This document shows positions 25,681-38,928 of a stretch of DNA of 64,000 nucleotides, piece by piece (within the stretch, counting starts at the first letter, position 1; each line of letters starts with the position of its first letter). Below the pieces are notes generated by a model, which searched no databases, had not been told where the DNA came from, and saw only the letters and a list, made by a program, of their open reading frames with translations. This stretch comes from Negaprion brevirostris (lineage: Eukaryota): the NCBI GenBank assembly GCA_030324005.1, contig JARDVH010000106.1:36925403-36989402 (forward strand), given 5' to 3'. Both the position numbers and the translations under genes were made by a program.

Positions 25681-27429
25681 TTAATCCCCAATTTCTCCTT
25701 TTTATTCCATCTCTCTCTCTTTTTACCCCAACCAATCCCCCACAGCTGGAGAAAATTTGTTTTACTTTGATATAGACTGGAATAATTTAGTGAATAATTT
25801 ACCTGACTATTGATCCTGGTCCATTGTCCCATTAATTTTGATGGAATGAAAATTGCACTAAGCCCTACAAAAGAGGGGAAATCCACTCCACTAAAGTATT
25901 GCCCAGAGTATTGTGAAAATGATCTTTCTAACTGTTTTGACCAAACTGACATTAATCTAATAACTGCCTCTACCAGATTCTCTGCTGTCCCCTCCCATCC
26001 TGCAGGCATCAACTTGTGGTGACTTGTAGGCCCACAGCTGTTGGAATTCCTTTGGAATCTCCCTGAAGAAGTCATTCTTCATGTGTGAACCTTTCCTGTG
26101 GGGAGGTGAAGATCAACTTCAGCAGGAGTCCAAAGCAATGGAAAGGAGACTAGCCGGGTACAAAACAGGGCTGCTGATCCATTGCAGTCCACTTGTGTCC
26201 CCGCTGTTTGATTTTGCTCAAAACATCACAGTTAAGCCAAATCTTGTCCTTACCTGATATTGAAATACATATATTTTGAAATGAGGGGTTTTTTAATGTA
26301 TTCATTTTTAAATATGTAACTGCCTGAATTTGCTTACTTCAAATCTAAGTAGGACCAGAAATCAGTTCTAATCTGCACCATTTAGTATTTAATGTGTGCA
26401 AAGAACTTGCCTTAATGTTAAAAGCTGTAGAATTCCAGCTGCTTAAATACTTGGTTACATGTGAGATCTGTTTTGTTGCTCTTCTCTACACCCTCCCCAT
26501 GCTTGTATAGGTTTTCTTGGCTTATTGGCCAGGATCACAGTGCTAGTATGATGTTTGAATGGGGCATTGTGAAGTTACAGAATAACCTCCGGGCATGAGG
26601 GACTGGAATTCTTCTCTACTATATTGCATTTTCTTTTGGCCTGACACTGTGGAAGGAAATCACACGGGAGGCATACCAATGATTCCATGCCCTGATTTTG
26701 ACAGAGAGCCAAAAGGGAGGCTGGGTCACTTTCTCTTCTACCGCACCCTTTTTTTTTTACTCTGGGCTGTCCAAAATCTCTTTTTGTATCCATTTTGCTT
26801 GGGCCTTCATAGCAAGCTGCAGATGTCTTGTTCAGATTTCTTGTGTTCCAATGTCCTGTACAACTTGCCAGATTCAGACATTGCGCAGTCCAGGATGGTC
26901 CAGCCCAGATTGCTGGGAGCAGAGAAACCTATGACTGCAGCATCCCAGATATTTTGGGGGTGCCCAAAAGAAATACTCCTAATACCACAGAAGTAATTTC
27001 AAACTCGCCTTATAAGAATTATTTCAGCTTTATCACAAGTGAGTGCATGCATGGAGAATGGACATGAAATATTCACCCCAAAATAGTAATTGGATTCAGT
27101 ATACAGCATCTCTCCTTAATTCACATTTTAAAGGAGGCTTCTACTGAAACAGGGCAATGATTCAACCACCCGCTCCTGTGAAAGTGGCAACAAGTCTATT
27201 GCTGATGTGAACCAGAAAGTTAATTCTACCAAACCCTTTTGGAAACTAATTTCTCCCTTTTTGTTTCAAAGCCATTCAAAACCTCGGTCCGTCACCCTGA
27301 TTTATTGAATTGTCTGTACAGGGTCATTTTCTTTATTAATAATAATTCCTGGGATAAATCTTTTAAGAATTAATGTTGCATTTTGTTTTAGTGTCCTAAT
27401 TATGAATGTGGATTAGAAGCAACAAGCCT

Positions 27430-28450
27430 TGCAATATTGCATTCAACATTTCCACCCCCCCCCCCCGCCCCCACCTTCAATCTTTCAATTCTCAATGGTA
27501 CACTTCGCCAACTTTTTATCCAGTCACCTGTTTGACACCAGACTCATGGCTTTTAGTAAAGGCCTATCTCATCAGTTTTCTGAAAGTCAAAATAAATTTG
27601 TATCTGGTTGAATTTGAATTTCTACTTTGTGACATCCTCAACAAAGTTAAGGAAGTTTGTCAGGCTCCTCTGCCAAGTCTAAATAATTTTTTTATTATAC
27701 AGTACCCCGCCTATCTACTTGTTGGACAAGGCTGCTATTAATTTTAGATGGACGAGCTTGTGGTGTGGCCCAGGATTATTGCCTGTTGACACTGTAAGGG
27801 TTACTCTAAGACTGGTGTCAGTGGGAACTCTACCTGTCTGGATCAAAGGTCAGAATTTAAATTTGGCCAACCTGTGCCCAAGCTTTCATTGAGCTGGTGG
27901 TTGGTGAGGCTGCAGTCAGCAACATTGAGTTCAATAAATTATTCCTTGTGTAACTTGTTTCCAGTTTTCCAGGATTTGCCTGTGCCTAATATTAGTTAAG
28001 GCAAAAGACTGCAAAGATTTCCTTAATCTACTTCATAGCTCTATGATTACACACCATCTGACCCAGGGGATTTGTTAATTTTGTGTATTAAATGTCTTTT
28101 GACAGTTTCAGTGCCACCGTTTCTTTAGAACTGTGACTTCCTTAAGATCACATTGGAAGGTTTTAAAATATATTATTCCTCTCGTCTTCTAAACCCCTTG
28201 TTTTTGCACCTCCAACATCTTGTGACCTATTACAGCAAACTTTGCACTTTCTCTTCCTTTGTATGGCTTCTCTTTCCTCTTTTTAAAAATACCTTATTTA
28301 TCCATCTTCACAATGGCTTGTTAACATTTTCCTTTTTATCAATGTTATTCAGTATCATTATTTTTAAAGGCTTTGCCCTTCATTTATTTTTAAAATTATT
28401 CATATTTTTGTCCTGCAGCTGATTGTTACACTGTAATTTCTCACTTGCCT
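27430..28450 (-). mobile_element. Ancient CR1-clade LINE RT remnant
   Basis: Minus-strand motifs KINKSPGSDG (~28060) and SLTNFLNFVEDVTK..IYFDFQK (~27580-27665). Confidence 0.55.
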
Positions 28451-28682
28451 CCAAAAGCTGCTTCTGTAATGTGGATGTTTCCCAGCCAACCTGGGTCCAA
28501 ATGCAAGTGACCCCTTATGAGGTCTCTTTGTACCTAGTTCAATCACTTCATTTCCAATGGAGTTACCAATTATTGAGGTATAATATTTAACATCTACCTT
28601 GTCTCCTCATTCACAGTTGTACTTCTGCAAAATATCTTTGGAAAGTCTGGCTTCAGACTGGAGTTTATTTTGCAGCACTGAT

Positions 28683-28800
28683 GTAGAGTTTTACAGCACA
28701 GAAAGAGGCATTTCAGCTCATTGTGCCCACGTCGCCCATCAAGCCCCTGTCTATTCTAATCCCATTTCCCAGCACTTGGCCCATAATGCTATGGCATTAT
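28683..28800 (-). mobile_element. HER1/CR1 3' tail
   Basis: acagcacagaaagaggcatttcagctcattgtg..cccatttcccagcacttggcccata. Confidence 0.7.
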
Positions 28801-28869
28801 GGAAAAGTGAAGGGGGAGCATCCACCGTCTAGAGTTTCATGACTAGATTGACAATGGCATGTGTTTTGG

Positions 28870-29620
28870 AGTGGAGAAATGGTAAAAATGATACCGCAAA
28901 GATGGACCCACAGCTCCCTGACTGCCACGATGAGCTTTGAGTGGAAGGCCATTCCCTTACGGATTTATAAAAGTTCATTCTCAAAATCCTTGAAAGCTCA
29001 CCAGGCCAAGATCTGCCTTGAGGGAAAAGTTTGAACCATGCAATGGACTGGCATTGCAGAGTTACTTTTTCAGAGACCATAGTGTCAAGAGCTGCTTTGT
29101 GTTCAGTTATGGCTGACATTCTTCTCTTGAATGCTTGAATACTTAACCATGTTGCATAAGCAAGTAAGCCAGTGTTTATAACCACATTAGATCCTCCTCA
29201 AAACGACCAACGGAAATTATGCAGCTATATTTCAGAGAAGACAGTTTATTTGGCTGTTCTATTAGAGCTTTGGTACATCAGAGAGTTCTTGTGCCAATCC
29301 TAATGCCAATACTATAAGTGACAAAGGATCAACCTTGTGGTGTTCAAATACATGGCAGCTGGGGACTATGGGAATAGAATAGATAATAAATAACAGGACT
29401 CACTTGGATGGCGAAAGATTGTGGCACTATTGTGGGTATTGCTTATCTGGTGACCCGAAGTCAGTTTCCATTCGGAATATCTATAGTGAGAAGAAGTTGT
29501 ATAGTACAATAACAATCTACACATCCAGCGGTGGGGTGATGGTGGAAAAGATGTATTGAAATCCAGAATCCAAAGAACGGAGCACTGATCACTGGAAGGA
29601 ATTGTAGATATTACTGGATC
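28870..29620 (+). pseudogene. Highly decayed Ty3/Gypsy integrase-like relic
   Basis: Frame-shifted peptides DCHDEL*VEG / ILKIL..AHQAK / QWTGIAE / ETIVSRAALC, then NTISDK..DYG..IINNR..GVMVEKM, follow the order of the Gypsy HHCC zinc finger and integrase core. Confidence 0.4.
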
Positions 29621-30501
29621 AAAGAATTTCAACATGAAATGCTGGGGACCCCTGTGTTTGTCTTGTGCCAATAGGACTTGGGAGGACTACTGAACACGCA
29701 CAACTGAGGTTTGAACAGGGCTTGTGTTAAAGTTAGATGACCAGTAAAAAAAGATTGAGAGAGTAATGGAGGTGACAACATTGACTGGGGAAAGCCTGCA
29801 GCCACAGGCTCTTCAATTTGTTTACTTGAAAATAAACTTGCATTAAAGCACTCTACTATTTAGAGGATCTCCTTTAAGATGTCTAAAATCCTAGAAACTG
29901 GGTTATATAAAATTCAAAAGGTAGGAAATAAAAACAGTTTTTAATCATTATTTGAAAGGAACATTTTATAATCGATGTCCACTGCATGTGCAAATAAGAA
30001 TCCCATGTTTTCACAAATTTGTGTGCATTCTGCACTGCCATTATTTTCAATCTTAAATGCAAGAGTAAACTTGACAGATCTGACCTATCCAATGGCAGTC
30101 TAACAGCTACTGTAGTAAACTGTAGATTGTAAATTTGGATGCATCTTGTCTGTTTTGCTGTTTGTGTTCAAACTTTGAGATTTACATTGGTTTTACTTCT
30201 TCTCACTACAGATACTCCGAATGGAAACTGACTTCACCAGCTAAGCAATACCCACAATAGTGCCACGATCTTTGGCCATCCAAGTGAGTCCTGTTATTTA
30301 TTATCTATTCTATTCCCATAGTCCCCAGCTGCCATGCATTTGAACACCACAAGGTTGACTCTTTGTCATTTATAGTATTGGTATTAGGATTGGCACAAGA
30401 ACTTTCTGATGTACCAAAGCTCTGATAGAACAGCCAAATAAGCTCTCTGAAACATAGCTGCATAATTTCCATTGGTAGTTTTGAGGAGAATCTAATGTGG
30501 T
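29181..30501. repeat. Long inverted duplication: arms 29181-29497 and 30195-30501, spacer ~700 bp
   Basis: The arms align as reverse complements with scattered substitutions and small indels; 29351-29412 and 30275-30336 are perfectly complementary over 62 bp. Confidence 0.95.
30212..30283 (+). other. Candidate 72-nt non-coding cassette exon of the host transcript
   Basis: Acceptor ttttacttcttctcactacag| and donor CAA|GTGAGT; stop codons in all three frames. Confidence 0.4.
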
Positions 30502-30784
30502 CACTAGAATTTGAAATGCTCTTTTTTACACCTTTTTTTACAAAAATCCTTTTTTTTTTAAATTGCTTTTTTTAAAATCAAAAGATTTTTTTCCCCTCAA
30601 CTTGTTCCTTCTCTTCAGCTGCTCAACCGAGGGGTCAGGCTATCCATCAAGTACGTCCCAGCTGTGACCTACATCCTCTGATTCTTCCAGAAAACATTGC
30701 CACTTCTGCCAGAAGTGATTTTTTTTTTTTTAATAAAAAAACACCTTTTTTCGACAAATACAAATAATTGCTGGTAAATGCACT

Positions 30785-30885
30785 GCGCCAATTCAAAAAG
30801 GCAGCTCCCCATCTCCTGCGGGCAGAGTGGGGGGGCAATTGGGGATGGGCAATATTTGCTGATCTAGCCCACATGCCTTGAACTA
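30785..30885 (+). mobile_element. Family B LINE/SINE 3' tail
   Basis: ttcaaaaaggcagctc..gggcaattggggatgggcaata..gcccacatgcc. Confidence 0.7.
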
Positions 30886-31654
30886 TTTTTAAATAAATGC
30901 TGTTTCCTCTAAAATATTTTGTGGACATTCTAGTGGAGATCAGGAGTGCCCAAGATTTCTAATTGAATTTTTCAGAGTATATGTGTTTGTTACTTTCCAC
31001 AACAAACCACAAAGAACATTATCCTTTTATTTTCCTTTCCCTTTCTGTCAAAGATCTTGGTTTCCTGCTGAGGTATTAGATACTGAGATGTGTTTGGCTG
31101 TCATGCTCAAGTTTTCATCTGTGGTGCCAAGAAGCTATTCACCAGCTGACTCACTAACGCTCCCTGCCTGTTTTCACCCAATGTCCACTCCCGTGGGTGG
31201 GATTCTCCAATCTAGTGCATGCCCTGCTGCAAGTGAGAATGGAGAAATTGGCATTCCGGCCAACATTCCATTCACTTTCAGCGGCACAGGAACTGTGAGC
31301 CAGGATTTTTGGCACGCTTCCTGAACTGCAGTTAGATGTTGGTGCCTTCTTTGTTTTTTTTCTTTTCCATTTCCTCCCGCCACAGTCATCAAAACCCTTC
31401 AAATGAACTCCACACAGACCAAAGTTAAATCTCAAACCTTGTTTCGCTATATAGTTCAGTTACTTATTACATAACCTTGCAATGTGAGAAAGAAAGTAGC
31501 ATTTAGCCTTCACTGCTGCTGGTAGTACAGTTGTTAATCGAATTGTAGCCATTAAATATTGACTGAACACATGAAAAATATTGAATGGATTGTGATCGCG
31601 TGCTTTCCCCCCCCTCCTGGGAAGATGATGATGGTGAATTAAATACAGCTGGAT

Positions 31655-31832
31655 ATTTTGCTAGGCCAAAGAGGCAGCTGAGTTAGGCCCCATTCAGTGT
31701 CTGGAGTCAAGTATAGGTCGCACCAGGTAAGGCTGCCCTAAAGGACATTAGTGAGATAGATGGGTTTTTAACAACAAAGTTTAGGTCTCTGGATTACTGG
31801 TCCAGTCACACAACTTCTATACTACCATATCC
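31655..31832 (-). mobile_element. Family B SINE fragment
   Basis: ccctaaaggacattagtg..atgggttttt..ggtctctggattactggtccagt is homologous to 16500-16700. Confidence 0.7.
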
Positions 31833-33099
31833 CTTACATACTTGACTTTCTATTGTCTGGCCCACAATTTGATTGGGTGGGGGCAAAAGTATAAATTGTA
31901 TACTTTTGGTACAATAATTCTTGATCAGTTAGTTGAACATTTTTGGCTGTGAGGCTCTCATACAGGAGAGGCAGAAGGGAAAAACACACCCTTGATTGCA
32001 ATTAAGTGCATGCTGGACATGGGTTGGGAAATCGGATGAAGACCAGAATGGAGCATTGTGTCTTCTGAAGAGATAAAAGTAAGTTCTATGGTAGTGAGGC
32101 TGGGGGAGTCCTGTAGTGAGCAAGGAGCAGTGTATATCACAACACTGTTTAAAACCCCCCCCATATATAAATGGTTCTTGAAAGTTTTGCACCCTTGAAC
32201 TGATTCACCATTATACCTGTTTAAACTCATTCAAGCACCTTTTCGAACCTCATGTTAGTATATTCCAGCAAGCTACTTGGTAAAGTCTCTTCTATCTTAC
32301 TTAAACTTGAGGTTTATAGGTTTACCACAAAGTCACATTCAAGTGGCCATTGGCTTCTGATCATGTTTGATCAGCGCAATCACAAAGTCCCAAAAGTAAT
32401 ATGGGACTAATTAACTAGTTTCCAGGCTATAAATGCATGTGCTGGAGGAGCTGCATTTAATCATGTGCTATTCGTAGCTGAGTTCTGAATAGATTTTATT
32501 AACTTATCCTAAATAACAAGCAATCAATTGTATGGATTGGGGGGAGTAGTATTATAAAATGTGAGGTGGGTTATTCCACCCCGCTGAGCCACCTCCCAGT
32601 CTTATTGCATCTGATACCTTCTGTTTCTTACTCCCCCTTAAAGGTATCAATGCTAGTGGCCTCACTGCTGTAGGGAGTTCCACGTTCCCAAGTCTCAACT
32701 TTCAGTCACATGGTAGAGCTATGAAGGCCTAGCTGGGTTTATCGGAAGCTGCAACATCAGCCCTCACATGCATAGCCTGTGATGTTCTTTGAAGGTGTTG
32801 GTGGACCTAGGTGCATCCTGTGCCCAAACAAGTAATGCTGGTGAAATTGTGATAGTTTCAACTGTTGTGATGTTGGAATTCCAAATTTAGGCAATGACTG
32901 TTATCCACTCTCAAAAAAGAAAGCATCAGAAAAGATACCCTGTAGTCGTGATTTAAAGGGCCAAGCATCCTGATGGCAAGAACTTAAATGTTTGTAACTT
33001 ATTGGAAAGAGTCTGAAAGGTTTTTGGAAATGTTTTTGGGAGCTCTTGGCTCTGCTATATTGCTGCATTCTCTCAGGTTGGAAGAGGAGTATATAAACA

Positions 33100-33575
33100 C
33101 AGGCTGCCACGGATATGGTGTAAGGTGTACAGCTTAACAGAGGTGGGGCAGAGGCTGCAGGGAGGGTAGGTTCATTGACAGTGATTGGAGGCTATGTGGC
33201 AAGCCACCATCTCTGTGCAAACTCATTCAACTTCAGCAGGAGGCCAACACATATCATCCATTTGCCACTTCTGGGTGAAGATGGTTGCAAATGCTTCAAC
33301 CTCATCATTTGCACTGTGCTGGGCTCCTCCTCCTCCTCCTCCTCCTCCTCCCGCGTGCAACCACCACCACCAAGGATGGGGATTATTGTGGAACCACCTC
33401 CTCTTGTTTAATTGTCCACCAGCAGGACATTGATCTGGTCAGTTGGCTGTGAAGTTGTCTAGCTGTGTTTATTGAATGCTGCTCTGCTGTTTGGCTTGTG
33501 GGTAGTTCTGTGATGTCGCTTCATCAGGTTGGCAACTCATTTTTAGGTTTACTTGGTGCTGCCCCAGGCATGCTG
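33100..33575 (-). mobile_element. Family B LINE inter-domain fragment containing a (CCT)n microsatellite at ~33324-33351
   Basis: Reverse complement joins the sequence upstream of 43790; gaagatggttgcaaatgcttca encodes EAFATIF on the minus strand. Confidence 0.6.
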
Positions 33576-34489
33576 TGATTCTCTTGCAGCAGTACATATC
33601 TGCCATTTTGTCTTCATCCTGGCCTGGTTGCAGACCATTCGCCATATGCTGATCCCAAATGTATACTATCCTGAAAGATAAAAGCAGTGTTACTATTTGA
33701 ACTAGTGCATGTGTCAGATCAAGTGATCCTTGACATTAGCACTGTGCTGTTGCGCCGTCTCCTGGGATGACCGAGGCTGGATAAACAGCAGTGCTGGAGC
33801 GTCAAAGCAGGAACGTGGAACGTTCTTAGACAGGAGGGAGGGGTAACAAGTAGGATGCAGAAGGTCCATGATAACACCTTGAGGAGCAGTTTGCTCCTCA
33901 TTAGCATGACTTGGGAAGGGGCATGAGGCAGAAAGATTACACATCCTCTGGTACCGTTGAATGCTGCAGACCATGTTGGAGTCAGCTTCTTGCTGCTCAG
34001 AGCCACCCCCTCTGTAGAGTTCAGGAAGTGCAGGCATTTTTGGTTCTCCACCCCCCCCCCATCAGCTTGGCTTAGCTCAATTCCCATCTGGTTTGTCACC
34101 TTTGTCCTCAAAGAGAGAACATAATACCAGATTACATAACACTGTTTGAGTTATGAATGTGTTATGACTGAATAACAAGAGTAATATGAAGGGGATGTGA
34201 TGTGGATGTGAGACTGACAGCCTTGGCCCTGGCAACAATATTGCTGGGACCCTGGCTGTTTGTATAGCTAACCAGCAGGATTGAGAAGGAAAAGCTGGGG
34301 AGATGACGGTGTAATGGTAATGTCACTGGATTGGTGATCCAGGGACCGGGACATGGTAAAGAAGGAAAGCCGCACCAACTAGTATCAAAGTCCTTCAAAT
34401 GAATTGGGGAGTAAAATTGTGTTCTGCCCATCTTGATTTGAATAGATGAGAACCACAACCCCTACAGCCAAAATCAGGGCACACTCATT

Positions 34490-35065
34490 TCTAACTCCAT
34501 GTTTCTCCTGAATTCTCTATTGTATCTATTAATAACTATTCTATAATTAAAGCTCCTAATTCTAGTCTTACTCACAGGAGGGAAATATCTTCTCTGTCTA
34601 CCTCATCAGTCCTTTTCATAGTTTTAAAGGCTGTAATCGGCTCACCCCTCAGATTTTAAGACAAAGAAGCCCAACCTGTTCAATCTTTCTTAACCTCAGC
34701 ACTGTTATTATTCTAGTAAATCCTTTCGCATCTTCCTCCGCATCCTTTTTTTAAAAACATATAAACATCAAAATATGTGATCTATACATGTTTTAATACT
34801 ATTCTTCTCCAACTAAACCCCAGTACTACTGTCTTATTAACTAACACGTGTCGGTATTTTTAGTGACTTGTGTATCTGTAACCTCGGATCCTTCTGCCTG
34901 TCTATCCCATTTTAGGCACTTGTTTCCAAGGAATTGTGTGGACTCCTTGATTTTTCTTGCCAAAATGCACCACCTCGTTTATCTATATTGAAGATCATTT
35001 GTTGATATGTTTATTAATGTTGCAGACCTCTTCTGCTGTAACCACAACCCCCAATTTGATGCGCC
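34490..35065 (-). mobile_element. Old CR1 LINE RT remnant
   Basis: ttgccaaaatgcaccacctc reads as EVVHFGK on the minus strand; colinear with 55300-55980. Confidence 0.6.
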
Positions 35066-35574
35066 CAATTATATTTCCTCCTTTTTTTTATTTAAATAAA
35101 AAGTTTTTAAACTTGAAAGATAATCATTCCAACAACTAATTTTATCCCCTGATAAATTGCCTATTTTCTTCCAATTATCAATCGCTTTCATTCTGTTCCA
35201 CAGAGAAGTTTGAGAGCTGAAACAAAGTTTGCATTAAGGTTTCAAAGCTGGAAGTTAAATAATTCAAACCAAAATCTTTCATCAGTCATGTAAATGTTAC
35301 CTTTTTACCTTATTGCTGACTTGTCTAAGTAAAAGCAAGATTGCTTTTTATTAAAAGGGATAAATTGTGTTGTAAGCATAAAAAATACACAACTATTTTA
35401 TCAGCTTTTGAAGATTTAGAAATGATGAATTGGCTTTTACATGTAGCACACAACTTTACAGTTACACCTAAGAGAATAACGAGCTGACAGGTATTACGTT
35501 GTTTATTTTAACCTGCAACATTTAGTTGGATATGTAGAATAAACAGAACATATTTATCTCTACCTATCACTGCA

Positions 35575-35838
35575 CACTGGTACAGTGGTTAGCATTGCTG
35601 CCTCACAACGCCGGTGACCCGGGTTGTATTTCTGGCTTGGGTTGCTGTCTGTGTGGCATTTGCACATTCTCCCCGTGTCTGCGTGGATTTCCTCCCACAG
35701 TCCAAAGATGTGTGGATTAAGTGCATTGGCCGTGTTAAATTGTCCCTCTGTGCCCAAACAGGCACAGGAGTGTGGCAGCTAGGGGATTTTCATATTTCAG
35801 TGTTAATGTAAGTCTATTTGTAACCAACAAATAAACTT
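35575..35838 (+). mobile_element. HE1-headed SINE with an alternative 3' tail
   Basis: tRNA head plus V domain, then the tail aggggattttc..gtgttaatgtaagtctatttgtaaccaacaaataaacttt. Confidence 0.85.
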
Positions 35839-36939
35839 TTATCTGTTTTCTAATGCACATACAGCTCCTTGCTTTTTAACTACAGATGCCTGATTTATCC
35901 ATCTAAAGTGTTAAGATCATCCAAGGAAATAATCCAAACTTTTGAAATGGATGTCACTTCACAATTCTGGGAGATTTGCCTTCTTCCTAAGCATTGTGAG
36001 CTCAACAAAGGACCCCTTGATCTCCTGGAGACCCTGAAGTTCTAATGTGAATGTTGAAGTAGGTTTAGCTCACCATTTGGAAACAAAGGACATTTTATAG
36101 CGTTATCATGGATTATTAGCAAAATTTGGATAGGTCAACTCAGAACGATGTGATAGGTATCATATTCACATCCTTCAGAGTTCCCGATTTGCTTTTGATG
36201 CATTCAATCCAACAAGGTGTGAAAATCCCTGCAAGGGATTGAGGGCAAAGCAAATACTTAACATTTTCATTCCATTGAGGAAAAGAGCAATTGATTTTGC
36301 CCAAACCACTGCTTGAATAACCCATTGCTGGTATGCAGCTACAATCTGGCCTCTGTCCCTCTCCTGAATGGTCTCCTTCCCCACTGGGAAAGTATCTAAT
36401 TTGGGTTTACCAGCTCTTTTGGATGACAGAGCTGAGACCTGATCCTCGGTGCATCCAAATTGCATGCATGAATCCAGTGCCCTGGTATTTCAATAAACTA
36501 TCACAGCATTGGGATACACAAGTCCCTCCCTCATATCATTTCTTCCCAAGGATCTGACCCAGAGAAGGAATCCTGGTGGTCCCTGTGCCCCCCCTCAAGT
36601 CTAAAACCAGGATAGTACACTCATTGTCAAGACCATTTTAACTGCGCAGGACAAACATTAAATCTAACCCCTTCTTGAGTTTCATGAATCATTGCCTTCT
36701 GATCATTAAGGAAATTGCATGTCAATTGTGTTTGATCTTTCAACTTTTTTTTTAGTAAAACTGCACAAATAAAAGATAAAATAATTCTATGAATTTGCCT
36801 TTTAAGCAACTTGCAAAAATAATGTATTTCTTTGATTTAAATAACAATATTCTGATCTTCACTAAAGTGACTGTTGATATTTCCTTTTGACAGGGCTGAC
36901 GTGATGGCCGAATGACAAATTTCCACCACACCACATTTC

Positions 36940-37028
36940 AGCGTCTATCACTTGCTCAGTAGTCAGTGTAGATTCTGTCCCTATCCAGCAGCTACATCTG
37001 GCTACTGGGTCTCTGATGGTATCGCGCT
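36940..37028 (+). ncRNA. mir-222: microRNA precursor mir-222 (5p ~36953-36975; mature 3p 36990-37013)
   Basis: AGCTACATCTGGCTACTGGGTCTC is canonical miR-222-3p; 5p arm TGCTCAGTAGTCAGTGTAGATTC; lower stem agcg/cgct and ctatca/tgatgg; apical UGU and a CNNC ~16 nt downstream. Confidence 0.98.
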
Positions 37029-37662
37029 CCTCTTCTGCTGGCTCCTTCTCTTTTATAATTAGAGGTTTCCTTTCCAGGGTGGGTCAACCAGAGAATCCCG
37101 TGTTTGGATAGGATCCTGCAGTTTGTTATTAATGGAGACGTTTAGCTGCACCTCTGTAACCAATAAAATATTAGATTAGATCATCAATTGCATGTTATCT
37201 GCAATTTTTAAGGTGGTGGTTTTGTAATATCTGTGGTATAGGGGAATAGACAATATGTTGGGTTTNNNNNNNNNNNNNNNNNNNNNNNNNNNNNNNNNNC
37301 AGTATCATTTTTGTTGTTTCCTTGGTTGATCTCAAACTCTCTTCCCATTTTTATGTAAAAGATCCTTGCATCGGTCATTCAGTGAACATGACCAGTGTAG
37401 GTTCATCTCTTCTGGATTGTTAGTTATCTATACTGTGTGAGGCACACTTTAATTTGTCACATTGGGAACCACCTGTTGTGATGCGAGAGTCACTGTGGGC
37501 ATCTGCACGGGAAACTGTTGTGCTTTATTCAGTTAGCACTGAGACTGCCAAATTTCTCAACCATAAAGAAGCCCAGGCAACACGTTATTAAATCCCAATT
37601 TCTTATTTCTCATCACACTTGATTTCAAAATTCAGCGAACAGTTTCAAATGTTGCACTATCT

Positions 37663-38350
37663 TTAGAGTCGTAGTCATATAGCACAGAAAAGGCCCATCA
37701 AGTCTGCATTGAAGTAACTATCACTAAAGGTGGTACCTTCCCAGGCAGTGTATTCCAGATTCTCACCATCCCCTGAGTGGAAAAAAAAACTCAAATCCCC
37801 TGTGAATCTCCAGCCCCTCACCCCTCAACCAAGGAGAACAGCTGCTTCCGATTCACCTGTCCATACCCCTCATAATCTTATATACCTCAATCATGTCCCC
37901 CCTCAGTCTTCCCTGCTTTAAAGAAAACAATCCAAACCCATCTTCTCCCTCGTAGCTCAAATGCTCCATCCTGGTGAACCACCTCTGTACTCCCTCTATT
38001 GCTATCACATCCTTCCTATAGTGAGGTGACCAGAACTGCACACAGTACTGCACCCGGGGACTAACCAATATTCTGTACAACTCCAACATTACCTCCTTGC
38101 TCTTAGACATAATGCCACAACTAGCAAAAGCCTGTGTCCCATATGCCTTGTTAACTATCTTATTCATGGGCTGTGCTGCCTTCAGGGATCTGTGAATAAG
38201 TACCCCAAGACACACCTGTTCCTGAGCTTCCCACTGTCCTGCCATTCATTAAATACTACCACATCTTGTTTCTTCTTCCAAAGTGCATCACATCACACTT
38301 ATCAGGTTAAATACCATCTGCCACTACTCTGCCCATCTGACCAACCCATC
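37663..38350 (-). mobile_element. HER1/CR1 LINE 3' portion
   Basis: ORF 37853-38245 contains YCVQFWSPHYRKD..LRGDMIEVYKIMRGMDR. Confidence 0.92.
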
Positions 38351-38632
38351 TATAATCTTTCTCTTTTCTAAAGTGAGCTTTAACATCTGCCCTGGAGAGC
38401 CTGAGCAGGTAATATCCTGTTTGCAATTCTTCACCTTGCAGGCGTATTCCTTTGAGTACCATTTACTTTTGAGGCCTAGAATGCTACAATATTGATCCAA
38501 GGTTCTGGTTATAAAATTGACTTCTAGTTTCTGTACTTGACCAGCTCTGTGCACAACCATCATCTTTTCCTACCTGGATTTTTTTTTTTCTTTTCAGCAA
38601 TATTTTCTCCAGTAATATTTGAGTTCTGTACT

Positions 38633-38928
38633 ACTGGCACAGTGGCTAGCACTGATGGCTCACAGCATCAGGGATCCGGGTTTTATTCCAGTCTCGGGTG
38701 ACTGTCTGTGCGGAGTTTGCACGTTTTCCCATGTCTGTGTGGGTTTCTTCAGGTACTCCGGTTTATTCCCACAGTCCAAAGATATGCACGTTAGGTTGAT
38801 TGGACATTCTAAATTGTCTCTGTGTCGAGGAATAGCAGGGTAAATACGCGGGGTTAAGGTGATCGAGCCTGGCTTGAATTGTGGTATGGGCTGAATGGTC
38901 TCCTTCTGCACTGCAGGGATTCTGATTC
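38633..38928 (+). mobile_element. HE1-type SINE, full length
   Basis: Head ggcacagtggctagcactg, core cccacagtccaaagat, tail gggctgaatggtctccttctgcactg. Confidence 0.92.

Noticed and set aside
26595-26996. 133-aa ORF
   Set aside because: No recognisable homology or convincing splice context.
30619-30650. Possible 32-nt exon (ttccttctcttcag| ... AA|GTACGT)
   Set aside because: Plausible signals, but very short with a weaker donor; not supportable without RNA data.
33714-34111. Minus-strand ORFs with faint Harbinger-like wording (VCSIQRYQRMCNLSASCP)
   Set aside because: Too few motifs to call; needs a profile search.
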